A DNA stretch of 61,598 nucleotides, filler included. It is 5 parts of 5 records of this genome, joined end to end, with 100 filler letters (N's around TTAATTAATTAA, not from the genome) between each part and the next. Parts side by side here need not be neighbours in the genome. Positions count along the whole stretch, not along the records: positions 1 to 20,166 come from DRR378314_23; positions 20,267 to 31,292 come from DRR378314_24; 3 more parts are not named here. One strand, 5' to 3'. The notes beneath the pieces were generated by a model. It made no database searches. It saw only the letters and a program-made list of their open reading frames with translations, and was not told where the DNA came from. Position numbers and translations under genes: made by a program. This document shows, piece after piece, positions 12,701 to 25,367 of the stretch. Position 1 is the first letter of the stretch. Every line of letters starts with the position of its first letter.

Positions 12701-15700
12701 GCGCCCGCACAAACCCGCGAGACACCGAGTCCGTGCTCGACGGTGGTCATCGCGGGCTAGCAATTGCATCCCTCTGGTTTCTTCGATGTGGCGCTGCTAG
12801 TGGTACCGACGCAGCCACCGCCCAGCGGGGACAGCTGCGCCTGTTCTCGGCCGCCTCGGACGGCTCGCTCTGTCTCTGGTGCTGCGAGCGCCGCCAACGC
12901 CTGGCGCGCTTCGTGCATCACACGGGTCTTGTTGCCACGCTCGACCGGGTGCTCGCACTGCGGATCCCGGACGCGCCTTCTTTTGCGCGCAGTGACAGCT
13001 CTGCCTCCGACGCAACGCACACCCCCACACCCTTGTCTCGATCCGCAAGCGCCGCGGCAAAAGTCAACTCGCCTGCCTCGCCAGGGACGACCGTCCGAGC
13101 GGCGGCTGCCGCGCTGCGCAGCGGGACAGTGTTTCCGCCAGCGAGCGCCGCGGCAGAGTCGGTCCTGGACGGACTGGTCTTCAGCACGGGAGCCGATGCG
13201 GCCGCCACACTGATCGATGCTGCCAATGGCCGTGCACTTGCTTTTCTTCCTAATCTCCCTGCTCCAGCAGCTGCCATGCTGTGGGATGTCGATGCGGGAA
13301 TTATTGTGGTCGAGTGCGTCTCCGGAAGCACTGTCATTGTCGACGCCGCTACAATGCGCGAAATCCGACGAACCCCGCCCTCCCGCCGCCTAAGCCAAAC
13401 CGCAGACGACATGCTGCGTAGCAGCGCGCCGCGCCTGGGCGAGGCAGCGACGCCAATCGGTGAAAATATCCGAGCATCTGTAATAGCGCGGAATTCAATC
13501 GCCCTCACAACTCCGCTCGATGGTGCAGACGCGCTGCGGAAACTCTTCTGCGCAGACATGGACGTGCATCACATCAGCGCAGGAGTCGCAGTAGTGGCAG
13601 CTCCGCCCGCGGCACGCCCGGCACCGTGGGTCGCCGCCCCTGTTCCGCGTACTTCCGCCTCTCCGACCGTCTCGCCGCTTCTCGCTGCACTCAACCTGCT
13701 GACGATTGCGGATCTGCAGGACCGAACCGACAGTGCGTACGCGCAAGTGCTCAGGTACGATGCCCTTCACGGCTGCTCCTCCGTATGCCTTGCGTTGCCG
13801 AGTCCGTGCCGCAGGGCGCGCACTTATCCAGCGTTTTCTTCCAAGCAACTGAACCGACTTGCCATCGGCGTCGCTCTCTTTTGAAATTTCGAGTCAAACG
13901 TGGCCCTACACCGCTGAGAACGCAAGTCATAGATACAGCTGTGCTATCGGAACCGTCGCCGCGACCCTTGAACACATGTATATCGCCCTTCGCTGGCGGC
14001 CACGCAAGCATAAGGCGGCTCCGGACACGTCCGTACTTGCATCTGTTCACGCGGTACTACTGGATGTGGATACCAACGCGCCTTTTTTGTGCCCAAATAT
14101 GGCTTTGCTCGCCCTGCGCGCTGTTTTCTTTCCAGCATTGCGTCGCCGCTCCTGCTCGCCGACCTAGTCCTGAAGGCGCCTCCGACGGTGCAGCAGGCAG
14201 CGCGACGAGTCTTGCGGCATCTTGTGGCGACACACGGGACACCAGTCACCGCCGCGCTCACGGAGCGCCTGGAGGCTCTGATGCCGCGCGGCCAGAATCC
14301 ATGGCGGTGGGAGCGCGGCGCCGGGCCGCACACTGTCCTCTACAATGCCCCGCTGCATGCGCTTGCCGCGGGTCCTCCCGCTGATGGCAAGGCACTCCTG
14401 GCAGTGGCCGCCTTGGCGGGCGCAGCGGCCACCATGCGCGGTGGCGCGCTCACGGCGGTCCCTTCTGCTGTCGCAAGGTTTGCGTTCGAACGTCTCAGCG
14501 CAGTGGTAGTCCGGGCAACCAACAGTTCGCCGCCCACATGCTTGCAGTTTGCCCGTGTCGCCGCCGGTGTTGCATGGCACTTGCGAGACGAGTTTGCCAA
14601 GGCCGCAGACGACAGTGGACACGATATGGATACCCTTGTCGCGGCGGCAGACCGTCTCGTGCGCGCCGTCTTATCCGTAGGTGCCGCGGCAACAATCCGT
14701 ATCGCGTCGACAGCCACATCAGCGTCTTCATCTTCAGTGTCAACATCGGCGAAACTGCTTGCTGTTTCCGATGCCACAGCTGCAGCAACGATCGACGACC
14801 TCGATGACACCGCCGAGCTGCAGCACGACCACGACTCGGACTCCGCCGGGTCGTGGCTCCGTCCTTCGCCGTCGACGCTGCGCCGGCACGCCACGCGTTG
14901 CCTCTCTATGTTAGGAGCCGCTGCGCCATGCGTACTTGCGAGCGCTGCATCTTGTGCGGCACGTGATCGATCTGCGAATCCGGTCTCGCAAGCATTTGCC
15001 GTGGACAGTATTACCCGGCTTGTGCGGTTGCACCCCGCAGCGGTAGCGCCGTTTCTGGAGAGTATTGTCGCCAGCGTCGTGCGCTGCCTCGATCCCGACA
15101 TTCCCGGTATGAGAGATGCATGCTTATACCCTGCCACACGCGCTCTCCGCTCCTTGACGTACGGATTTTCGCCGGTGTCTCTCCATCTCGAGGTTCGTGT
15201 AGCAGCAGCGGACGTGGCGCGGCACACTTCCTCACTCCGCTGCCGAAGTGCGTCCGCTTACCGCCGTCGCCGCACGTCGCCACGACAACCTCGTCAGCAG
15301 CATCTACTTGGCGTACGCGCCAGCGTGCGGGCATGCTGACGAAAACTGCTGCTTTTTTTCATCTGGATATTCCTATGCTCTGAATTTCATCCACCAAATT
15401 TACGCTTCTCCAAGTCACGAACATAGAATAATCCGCTGCCAGAACCACCCGTTCTCGCAGAGAATGGCCCGCGGTAATGATTGGGCCATGGTCTCACTCC
15501 TCTCATCGCACCGTACTGCCATGTTCTGTATGCTGCCGTGAAATTAGCGCCAGCGTTGCGCTGTTGGCGCCAGACGCGGCGGGATCATCGTGCACGATCT
15601 ACGATCCACCGCAGTACTCCACCGGGCAACGACAGACCGGAAACAAGTCCATGCTCTCGAGTTTTGCAGCAACGGAACGCGCATCGCATCTTTTGCCGCA

Positions 15701-16823
15701 GACGAAGGTACGTCAAACTCCCAAGTCGCCTGTGTCGCGTGCAGGGCGGAAATCCCAATATCTTCCCTCTTCTCCCGCAGCCTCGCACACTTGCTGCTGT
15801 AAGGGAGTACATCTGCGAACCAGCCCCTCATGCCGCACGAAGAACAACCCGTACGTACCGCGCGATATATATCCCCATGAACGCGCGTTTCTGTGCAGCA
15901 TGAGTTTGGACGATTAGGTTTGGTTCTGCACTGCCGCTGTCGCCGCCGCCCCTGGGCGATGCCGAGCAGCGTGCTGTCGCAGAATAAGCCACCGGAGACA
16001 AACGCTGCACCCGCTCGTGCTGCAGGTCGTGCGCACTTCCCCCGTTCCCACTCTGCTTCTGAAGCAAGGTTTGTTCCGCCGCCTTACGTCCCCTGCGGTG
16101 CAAATTGCGAATGATTTGTTCAGGGTTCATTCGCGTTCTTCGGCTTCCGTCAGGTGGCATCATGTCGCTTTTCTCCGGCTCGGGCAGCGTATCAGAAGAA
16201 AAGATCGACGTTCCCGTGTCAAACCCTGCTATTCTGCAGCTCAATATGACAGCACTCCGCAACGCAGCAGGTGACGACTACGATCTCGATGACGATGCAT
16301 TCGACGATGGGCCGGACGACGGCACCAGCACGCCACAGCGGCTGCCATCTGGATCCACCGCGTGGGTCGGAGACGCCAAGGCGGCAGACTACTATGCAAG
16401 CGGTACACAATCACCGGCACTGGCGGGATCAGTTTCTCCTGACCACCGTTCGCTCCAGCGAGCCGAAAGTGCAATGCGCCGTAAAGCGCATATCTCGTGG
16501 CAGGTGCTGGCGCTTCAAAAGGTATGGCAGTAGAAAGCAGCTGTGTCGCACCGCCGCGTCCGCAAGCCCCGCTCGCCCACAGCGCCCCGACTTGTGCTAC
16601 CGATGTCGGATGGGCGTAAACCTGTCGCTCACTCTTCACCCCCCACTGCCACCACCCGACACTCGACTCAACGTCAGTACATCCTGATCGTTTTGTTGTG
16701 CAACTTTTTGGTGATTTTTTTTTTGTTTTGCAACTGCAGTTTCAGGTCCATTGGGCTGGTGAAAATGCAGTGGCCTTGTCGTCGGCAGGGTCGTTAGCTG
16801 GATGTGTAACGACAACTCTGTAA
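9789..16823 (+). CDS. WDR7/WDR72 (rabconnectin-3 beta)-like WD40 protein, multi-exon
   Basis: N-terminus VLWSHTPPSDPVAAL..LITALEDGTIVSW..LEPLFVAAGH resembles the WDR7 start. WD40 blades include HGHSGPI and LFSAASDGSLCLW. C-terminal VVRCLDP..MRDACL..FSPVS, CAVG..IIVHDLRS and HALEFCSNGTRIASF. Last exon 16746-16823 is in phase with the donor at 16522. Not all internal junctions were resolved. Confidence 0.8.
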
Positions 16824-17288
16824 GCTGCACGCGCATCGCACTTCCCCGAGCAGACGCGCGTGCTATCCTCGGCACTGCAACTTCGCTCTTCTCTTGTATC
16901 CAGCGATTCCTCCCCGCCTCGAGATATGTGTTGATACCTTGAAAACTGCGCGGCGAAATATTGGCAATAATACAACTTTCGAAGTACTTCCTACCGAGGC
17001 TCTCAGCGCGACAGCTGCGCGGCGCTGGGTTTTGCGGCAGCGCGCCTAGCCGCGTGGCACCATCCCGTTCGCTCCGTCTTTCCTATTTTTGCTAGACCTA
17101 GTTTCCGAACAAAGTGCGTTGCGGGGTCGCGTGCGCCCGCCCTTGCGCGCGCGGCGTCGCCAAGAGCGAGCACCTAAAATCGAAAGAAGAAAACCAACCC
17201 TTTCCAGCAACCGCGCCTCGCGCCCTTTACAGACGCCACCTTTTTTCCCTTTCCGACTTTTGCAAATCGACACGATTGTTTGCGGACC

Positions 17289-20076
17289 ATGGTGGCAGCG
17301 TCCTATTTGAAGCTTGTCAATATTGCATTCGCAGTACGTAGCTACCTGTCGCGAAGACCATCGTGCACGCCGTTGCACATCGGACGTAGTTTATACTGCG
17401 GCACGCAGCATGCACCAAAGCGATAACCGTGACACCCGAACCCGCGCGAGACGTACCGCGATCGGCGTCCCTGCGCACCCAAAGAGAGTACACCGGCCAC
17501 TGAACTCGCAGAGCGTTGCGTCTGGCGAAGCGACTGCTCCAGCAACCACTCCAAACCCGTAGCGCCCGTGGCCAACCCCACGGCAAGCAGCACCGCCCTG
17601 GCATGCCATATCTGCACCATCGCATCCCGTGTGCGAACAACAGGCTCACGCAATACGAACATACAATCGATAGCTACAGTGATAGTAGCACAAGGTGCTT
17701 CATTCGGGAGCAACGCAACCACGTACCGGAATAATCAGCTCGAAAGGGAGAGAGAGAGTCGGACTTGTCCCCTTGCAGACTCTCCAGGAACGCACACGCC
17801 CCACGTGCAAGGAAAGAGAATGTGCCGTCGACGCCGCTCCAACAAAGGTGGTCGGCTCGTTTGCCATACCATCCACAGCTCCCCTGCCCCGGGAAGATGG
17901 CGCATGCCTTTTCTTGCCATAGTTGCAGAGCCGCATACTTGCCTTTTCTTCGCACAAATGCGCATGATGCGCAACGCAACATGGTAACGCTAATCTTACG
18001 AAACGAGCACCCACGAAATAGCGTACGTCCAGCAAACGCAGAACACGACGTGCCCAGATTGCCGCTGATTCACAAGCCAGGGGCATGACGCGACCGCCGC
18101 CACTACCGACACCCGCAATCTTAGTATGGCAAGGATTCTTTTAGCAATCGTGATTTATACCGAAAGAATCGTACCCATGGGAGCAACGATGGCCCATACC
18201 CACGGTTAGGTAAAGGCGGTGTGTGCGCGCACCGTACTTGCCAGGATGTTCGTCGGCGGCACACCTTCGTGCGACGTCCCGCGCGGTCCGTGGGTGCTGG
18301 CGCCGCAACCCAAGCCGTCGGCTACAACCTCCGCAAATCCTTGCGTCGACAGGGAGCCTAATATAGCGAAGAAGAGAGGCTCACACTCGGAATGTCTGTA
18401 AAGCACAAACGCGACTCTAGCTTTCCTTCAGTCAAGCAAGCACACCGAAGCGTAACCAGTAGGAAGCACATCAAACTTGGAGTGCTGCGCGTGCGCGCTG
18501 CCACATTCTCTTCCCACGTGCCACGCCTTCATTCAAATCCCCTTATGCGGCAATTTATCCTCCTCTCTTTTCACCGAGCGGATGTGTGCCAGGGCAATCT
18601 CTAATCGCCCATTTAATTGAAAATCGCTGCTTCATGCGTGCTTGCCCGTGCAGTTTGCTGGACTTGGTCTGGCCGGCGTCGCCACGCACGCCCTGTACAC
18701 CAGTGCGGAGCTGCACTATGGATACAACATTCTTTTCCTGGCGGTGACGACAGGCATTGTGGTGTTTCTATTGGCGCTCATGGGCCTGCAAACAAAATCG
18801 CGCGGCGCTTTATCAGTCGTACGTGCATGGCAAACCTTGTGCCGTGCCTAAAGCCTTGCTAAAGGGCGCCCAGCGTTTCTCAAAAACTTCTAACCCGCCG
18901 AAGTTGGTTGCAAGTACAGAGCTTGATGTATGCAACGTGGGCGGCATGCCCTGTCCGTTGCATTTGAAGTAGACTGTGCGCTGGCGTGCAGAGATCGTCA
19001 AGAGCTTCTGTATTTGCAATCAGAGCGCTCATCGGCAGCACGCGGGCCTCACTTCCTTGCCGCAGCAACGAGGAGAGAGCCCCATCCCTCTCTCCTGCGT
19101 GACTTTCCTGTTCCCGTTTGCCAGCAGCATAAAAACGATATTCTCTTCAACTACATAGCCTCCACGCCTATATTACAGCCATGTTAGTAGAAATAGTAAT
19201 GTCGTCCTGCGCCAACAGCTAAGAGTACAAGTGTCACCCATGCGGTGCACTCTCCTTGCGCAGTATCGCGTGGTCCTTGTTCTCGTCCTAGCAGCGGAAG
19301 TCGCGGCCATCGTGGTGGCATCGCGGGAGCTCTCCGGCCCCCATGCGGAACGCTCCTTGCACACCTTGTGGATCGACACGAGTGATAACGTCAAAAATTC
19401 CATTCAGGCAACATTTTCATGCTGCGGATTCCATTCTGCAACCGATTATCCGGGAAGCAAGTGCCCGACGGAGACGTCGCCACCAGGTTTGTGGCGTGCG
19501 CTGATGTCTGGGCGAACCTCAGAGTCCTTCGACCGGCCCGCTAGATCTAGCAATACGTTGCCTCCCTGAACCGTTTCGACAGCACCAGGCTCGTATTTCC
19601 CACTGCTTACTGCCATAACCATGTTACCGCATATAATCTGCGCCGTGATCTGCACTATTCGCTAGTGCAAAGCTGCGAAGCAGTACGCCAGCCGATGGCG
19701 TGCAGGCAGCAGTCACTTACTACCGCGTGGGCGGCTGCCGTGCGTTCACGCGTCCTCTGCGCGTTGCAATACTTCTTCTTCCAAAACAGGCTGTTACCCA
19801 GCCCTATGGACCGAGGTGTCACAGCACTTGCAGGGAATCCGCGCCGTTGCGATCGGGCTTGCACTCGTTCAGCTTTTCGCGTTATGGGCAGCGACGGCAA
19901 CAATAAGCAGCCTGCGCTCCCAGTCCGCCATGGCAACCGCGCTCGACGAGGCCATCCACGGAGGTACAGCCACGCCATACCAGCACATATCCCCCCATGC
20001 CCTCTCCATAGAGAAATACTTCGCGCTCGACTCCACAATTTTTCCAGTTCACATTCCTGCCAAACCTCTTCAATGA
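17289..20076 (+). CDS. Tetraspanin
   Basis: Exons 17289-17333, 18654-18818, 19264-19486, 19790-20076 (possible extra in-frame intron 19964-20047), GT-AG and phase-consistent. Four hydrophobic segments; large loop with IQATFSCCGF..KCP..PGCYPAL. Confidence 0.85.
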
Positions 20077-20141
20077 ATAGGTAGAAGGCTGTAACTCGCT
20101 CCGCCTGCGCTGCGAAATTCGAACATGGGCACGCTTTCCAC

Positions 20142-20166
20142 AAAAAAAAAAAAAAAAAAAAAAAAA
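20142..20166 (+). repeat. Poly(A)25 at contig end
   Basis: Homopolymer 65 nt downstream of the tetraspanin stop. Confidence 0.9.
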
Positions 20167-20266
20167 NNNNNNNNNNNNNNNNNNNNNNNNNNNNNNNNNN
20201 NNNNNNNNNNTTAATTAATTAANNNNNNNNNNNNNNNNNNNNNNNNNNNNNNNNNNNNNNNNNNNN
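20167..20266. other. Artificial contig spacer
   Basis: N44-TTAATTAATTAA-N44, with stops in all six frames. Confidence 0.99.
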
Positions 20267-21766
20267 CAGCGGCGCCCAGCTCGCTTGCCTTCGTCCCACC
20301 GCAGCTTCGTTGCCGAAATATTGCCATCGCGGCCGCGCAGTCGGAAATTCGTGGGGATAACAAACGAAAAGCGTTTGCTTCACATGAAAGGCAATGAGAA
20401 AGTTGATGCCTACACGGGTGCCGCAGCACGCGGCGGCGAAGAACCTCGTCGCAATCGTTCTTGGTTTCTGACGACGGTGCCGAGGTTGGCCAGTCGGCCA
20501 CCCTTGCGGGCACTTGCGCCTTGCTAGCAAGTACCGACCGTAACGGCAAGGGAACGCTTTCATCCGCCACTTTTCTCACCGGCGACCCCAAGTCTAGTGA
20601 AGATAACGTTCATCGCTGGAAAGTAGCGTTGCGTGTAGTTGCTGCTGTGGAAGTGCCAGGAAGGAGAGCTGTTCTGGTGTGAGAGGTGGAAACCAACAAC
20701 ATACCCTGTCAATTTAACAGCAGTACACAACGAATTAACTGAACAGCTGTCAGGTCTCTGTAGCACGAAACGGACTAGATTCGGTTGAATTCTCAAAATA
20801 CCGAAATTAGCACAACAAATACGTGGCGACGTGCGCACAGCCTAACGGAACTGTGGAAGACGCAGCGGAACCAGAAAAAGCAATGCTACGTACCTCTTCA
20901 AGACGAATTCACGCTGTGCATCATTCCATGTTTTACTGGCAGATGGTTACCTCTCGCATGGAAACCAAGGTGCGTCCCAATGCCCCGCTGCCAGCACTCG
21001 TCGAAGGGGGGCTGTGTTGGGAGGAGCACATGGGACGCTCCTTTGCTCCACCGAAGCTCCTTCACTCAAGACCCTACTTACATCCAATGATATTGTAATC
21101 AAAATGACGTGGTTGAAATGGTTCCCACGTCGCGGAGTTCTATTTTCAGAAGTTCGTCTTCTTCTTGACCCACGCCTTTTTTCCCCAGAAATTTGTAGCC
21201 CTAGAAAACCGAAATGCCTCGTGCGCAAACGGTCGCTGCAGCGCAGTCGTGCCCGGCGACAGCGTAGTTTTTTTTTTCTATCTTTTCCCCCCTTGCCTGC
21301 TTCGGTGGAGTTTTGCGACGTTCGCAAGCCACAGCAGCCTGCGCTTGAGCACCGCTACCCACCGCATTCTCTCCCTCTCTATTGGCTGCAGCGCGTTTTC
21401 CTGCTTCCAATAGACATTCCTTTCTCTCTTTCTCTGCCTAAATTCAGCGCTGCGTGCCAACCGCAAGGGACTTCCACGAGTAGTTGTCAAAGCGCAGCCT
21501 CCAGTGCAGCACGTTAGCGCAGGTGCCGCACCGGAGCTTGAAGGGGTCACGCTTTTCGTCTCTTCACTTTCGTTTCTTGTTGAGAAATTGCGCGAGAATC
21601 TTGATTTTGCGACGTTAGGCGGCGAAAGAATAGGGATCGGACGCACCTTGGGGATTCGCGCAGGCTTTTCCCTTTTCTTTTTTCTCTCTGCGAGAGCGAG
21701 CGGGAACGGTCTGCCTTTCTTTACGTTTGTCTGCTGTTGCACAGCAGGACTGCTTGCTGGGAGGCG

Positions 21767-22513
21767 ATGGCAAACGCGAAGTCTGCGCTCAACGAATTCG
21801 TTCAGGCGCATGGGTTATTTTCCACCTACGGAAGTGTACGATATGAGCTAACGGAAAGACGTGCAGATCCTCCTGGATTTCGTGCGCGCGCGCTGTGGGG
21901 CCCGTTTTCGGCAGAATCGCGCGAGCTGTCGCGTCGAAAGCAGGACGCCGAGCAAGCTGCTGCCAGAGAGCTGCTGGAGCAACTTGGCGCAGCTCCGGCG
22001 CGGTCGAACACGGCGCAAAAGCTGTCCACGAGCGAGCCTTCGCTCTACAGCAGTAGCACGTTTGTAGCGGATGAAAAATCTCGCCTCAACGAAATTGTGC
22101 AGTCAAACCCAAGATTCCCAGAGCGCGGTCCTGTGCGGTACGATGTAAAGGAGTTGCGATCGGTGCCGCCGACTTACCGCTGCACGGCGACATGGGGCCC
22201 GTTTAGCGCAGAGTCTCCAACGCCCTGCGTGCGCAAGATAGATGCCGAACAGTCCGCTGCAGCCGAGTTGGCTGCGTTCATCGAGGAAGGCTCCGGTACT
22301 AGCGCGCGGACGTGGAGTACCGCGCCAGGACCACAGTCTAATCCCGTATCAGCGCGGCACGCGCCATTTTCGATGGCATCTATAAATTCGAATTTGCCTT
22401 CTGTTCCAAGTGTTCACGGGGCCGTGAAGCACATCCGGGTAATGACGTACGCCGTTTACGAGGACGGATTCGAGAAACAGATTTCAGACACCAAGATCGA
22501 CACACGGCTGTGA
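21767..22513 (+). CDS. Protein with two double-stranded RNA-binding domains (dsRBD), 248 aa
   Basis: Two repeats: AKSALNEFVQ..VRYE..PPGFRARA..RRKQDAEQAAARELL and EKSRLNEIVQ..VRYD..PPTYRCTA..RKIDAEQSAAAEL. No catalytic domain in the ORF. Confidence 0.85.
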   Translation: MANAKSALNEFVQAHGLFSTYGSVRYELTERRADPPGFRARALWGPFSAESRELSRRKQDAEQAAARELLEQLGAAPARSNTAQKLSTSEPSLYSSSTFVADEKSRLNEIVQSNPRFPERGPVRYDVKELRSVPPTYRCTATWGPFSAESPTPCVRKIDAEQSAAAELAAFIEEGSGTSARTWSTAPGPQSNPVSARHAPFSMASINSNLPSVPSVHGAVKHIRVMTYAVYEDGFEKQISDTKIDTRL

Positions 22514-25147
22514 GAGCGAAGCGGAGCCGTGAGGACTGGCGCCCCACAGCCACCCTTTTTTCCGCGACGAGAAAGAGACTGTATATTCATCTGTTTACCA
22601 GTTGGGAATGTATCACATCTCGTTTTGAGACGCAAATCTTTCTCGCTGGGAAAGGCGGGAGGTGGCGGGGCGCTCGCGCTGCTCTTCTTGGTCCAGAAGC
22701 GACCCGGCCAAGCGCGCAATCCGGAAGTGGCCACAGTCGAAAAGCGTGGGCGCTATCGCCATATTTGGCGCATGACGTCACGCCGCTTGTGGGGATATCC
22801 ATAAGCCCATTCTACAGACGATTCGAAATTCTTATTCTATAGCTGTAAACGTACCCCATAATCAAAATAATGCCGGTTTCGGTATGGATGCAAAAATGAT
22901 AAACTATTTCAGCAAGTGTACACGTTGGCTCTCGAGAACGTCTGGTGAACGGGCTTCGCGTTGACGCAGCGCTTGCGCTGCCCGGCGTCCCCCGCACAGG
23001 TGTTTCGCTCAGGCACGTCAGTACCTTGTTCGCAACTTTGTATTTTTATTCTCGATTGAGCAATCATCTACTGGAAAAGGTGAGAGGTACAGCTCTGAAC
23101 GCGCGCTTCTCCTCTGGCCGTGCGGGGCGGCACGGAGGGGCCTGCAACTTGAACCCCGAAAATCCTTCCGCTCGGTGCCATCCTGCGCGACCAGAGGAGC
23201 TTGGCCGCTGTGCCGCTGTTCTTCAAAAGTTTTTTTTCTCTGGTCGGTACTTGATTTCTCCTTTGTCTCTCGTTGTTCATGTTTTGAGTAGCTGTTATTT
23301 TCGTTGTGTCTGTCCCTCTCCTTCGGAATCTATACGATTTTTCCGGCGGGAACACGGTGCAGAGCAAACGCCTGGTCGCTCGGCAGAGCGCACCGGGGGC
23401 AGCGAGCTTTGTTGCTCTCCGCTCCGGGCGCGCTCGTCTGGCGTGCAGGCGTTTGCTCGAGGCATTGTGTGTGCGTGTGCGCTCAGCGTACATCGAAGCA
23501 TGTCAGCAGTCTCTGAGCATGTGCAATGAGATAGAAGAGAGATCATGTACCGTTGCTGGATCTTCTATGCCGGACAAAGGATAGCGAGGTTTGCAAACCA
23601 GCACGTGTTTCTTTGCTTCGTCCCAAGGCTGCCCTCGAGGTTCCCCCCCCTTTGGTGTGATTCTCTATTTCACGCTATATCGCTGCTGCACGCAGATCTA
23701 CTGTTGTACTCGCAACAACACAAGAGACTCGTGAGGGGCGATGCAGCGCGGGCATTGTGAATCCACAAGGTCTTTGTTACTCGTGACCATAAACAGAATC
23801 CAAGGGGAGCCTTTTTTTTGTGTGTGTATGTGTGTGCGCGTTGTGAGGGCCTCGTGGGGGAGCGCGCGTGGCGCTGGTCCGGACCAGAGAAATCGTGTGA
23901 ATACAAAAGTTGCGCGAAACGAGATTCCGTTTCTCCCATGCGTTCCATTGCGTCAGGCAGAAGACCGATACACTCTTTGTATGCACCATACTCACGACTT
24001 CAATTTCAGGGCTGCCACTGTGTGAGGACCCGGAGTGTCGCTGTGCGCTCTGCGAGCCGAAGAACGTGCAGCGCTCCGGGCGCGGTCTCGCAGGGTCACG
24101 AGTGACGCTGCACGCACGGCCGTGGCGCGGACGTGAACGCAGAGAACTCGAGCCGCCGCTCCTGCCTCGCTATTCCTCGTGCTACTTGCGAAACAAATTC
24201 TGTACGTTGTACTGCGTGACTCCGCAATTTTGTTGCACTTCTCGCCCAGAATAAAGTATCTCTGGGAGCGTTTGAACATTGCTCTAACTCCGTCGCGGTC
24301 CGATACGGTTTCTCACACTGCAACCAGAACAGGAAACTACCCGCGCAGTACAATTTCGCACTTGCCGCGAGAAATGGCGCGGGCGAGGTGCGCAATCAGC
24401 ACGGAAAACGTGACGCAGAAGCACAGAAAATGCGACGTGGCGCGCTACGGCACGAATATATTTCCTTTTGCATAACAATGCTGATGATTCCTTGGTGCTA
24501 TTGCGGAGAGGTTCCCCCTGCTCCACACACACACTCACTTTCGCGCGCTCGCTCGTCATTGCGTTGGTTTCTCTCGCTTCTGTTTCGCCAGGAGCGCGGG
24601 GTGTACGCGTTGGCGAGGGGATTTGCGTCACACAGCGACACAGTTCCCGCCGATTTCCTCAGACGTTCGGCAAAACGCGGGATTTCTGATTCGCACGCGC
24701 TCAAGGACAGCCTCACCTTTTTCGTATCGAACGTACCTTCTCCACACGCTAACGCAATCAAAACATCGAGCTTCATCGTACTAAAAGCTCCGGTTTGTAT
24801 CCAAAAGGAAGCGGTTTTGCCTCTTGGTGCGCGTGTGGAAGGAGCGGGGCGCGGGTGATCCCATTCAACATCACCACAGAGCACGTAGATGGGAACAAGC
24901 ACGGTGCACCAATAACCGCCGCCTCGAAAGCAGCGTCCTGCGTTTCTCGACCCACATGCCACGCGGTACTACCTTCGTAGCAACATTCGCGAGTGTTTCG
25001 CTTGCATTTCCGTTATTCATTGCATACAGATAAGTCTCTGGCCGTGTAGAATAGTGGAGCGAGCACATATACATATCATAGATTCTACCACAGCAAACAC
25101 GCATGGGATACCAGGAGAGAAACGGCGCCGCTCCTCTACCATGTCCA

Positions 25148-25367
25148 TTACATCGCTATCTTGAACCTTCCGCGCCCATCGCTTGCCAGGGACCCGGATT
25201 TCACGAGTTTCCGCAGCGCGGTCGTGATCGCTGTGGCCGTTGCGCGTACGCGACTGCGGACTCTAGCGCGGACGTTACTCTCGCTCAGCCACTCTTTTTC
25301 CACCTCGAGCAACTTGATAATTTCATGCTCGATCTCTTTCGCGGAAGCAGGAGAAGGCTCTGTATCG
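25148..25367 (-). CDS. Terminal exon encoding a winged-helix (H15/linker-histone-like) domain
   Basis: After a CAG acceptor: EIEHEIIKLLE..SESNVRARV..ATAITTALRKLVKSGSLASDGRGRFKIAM*, a three-helix plus beta-wing pattern. Confidence 0.5.

Noticed and set aside
22600-25100. Many overlapping 60-190 aa ORFs
   Set aside because: No recognisable motifs or consistent exon structure; typical of GC-rich non-coding DNA
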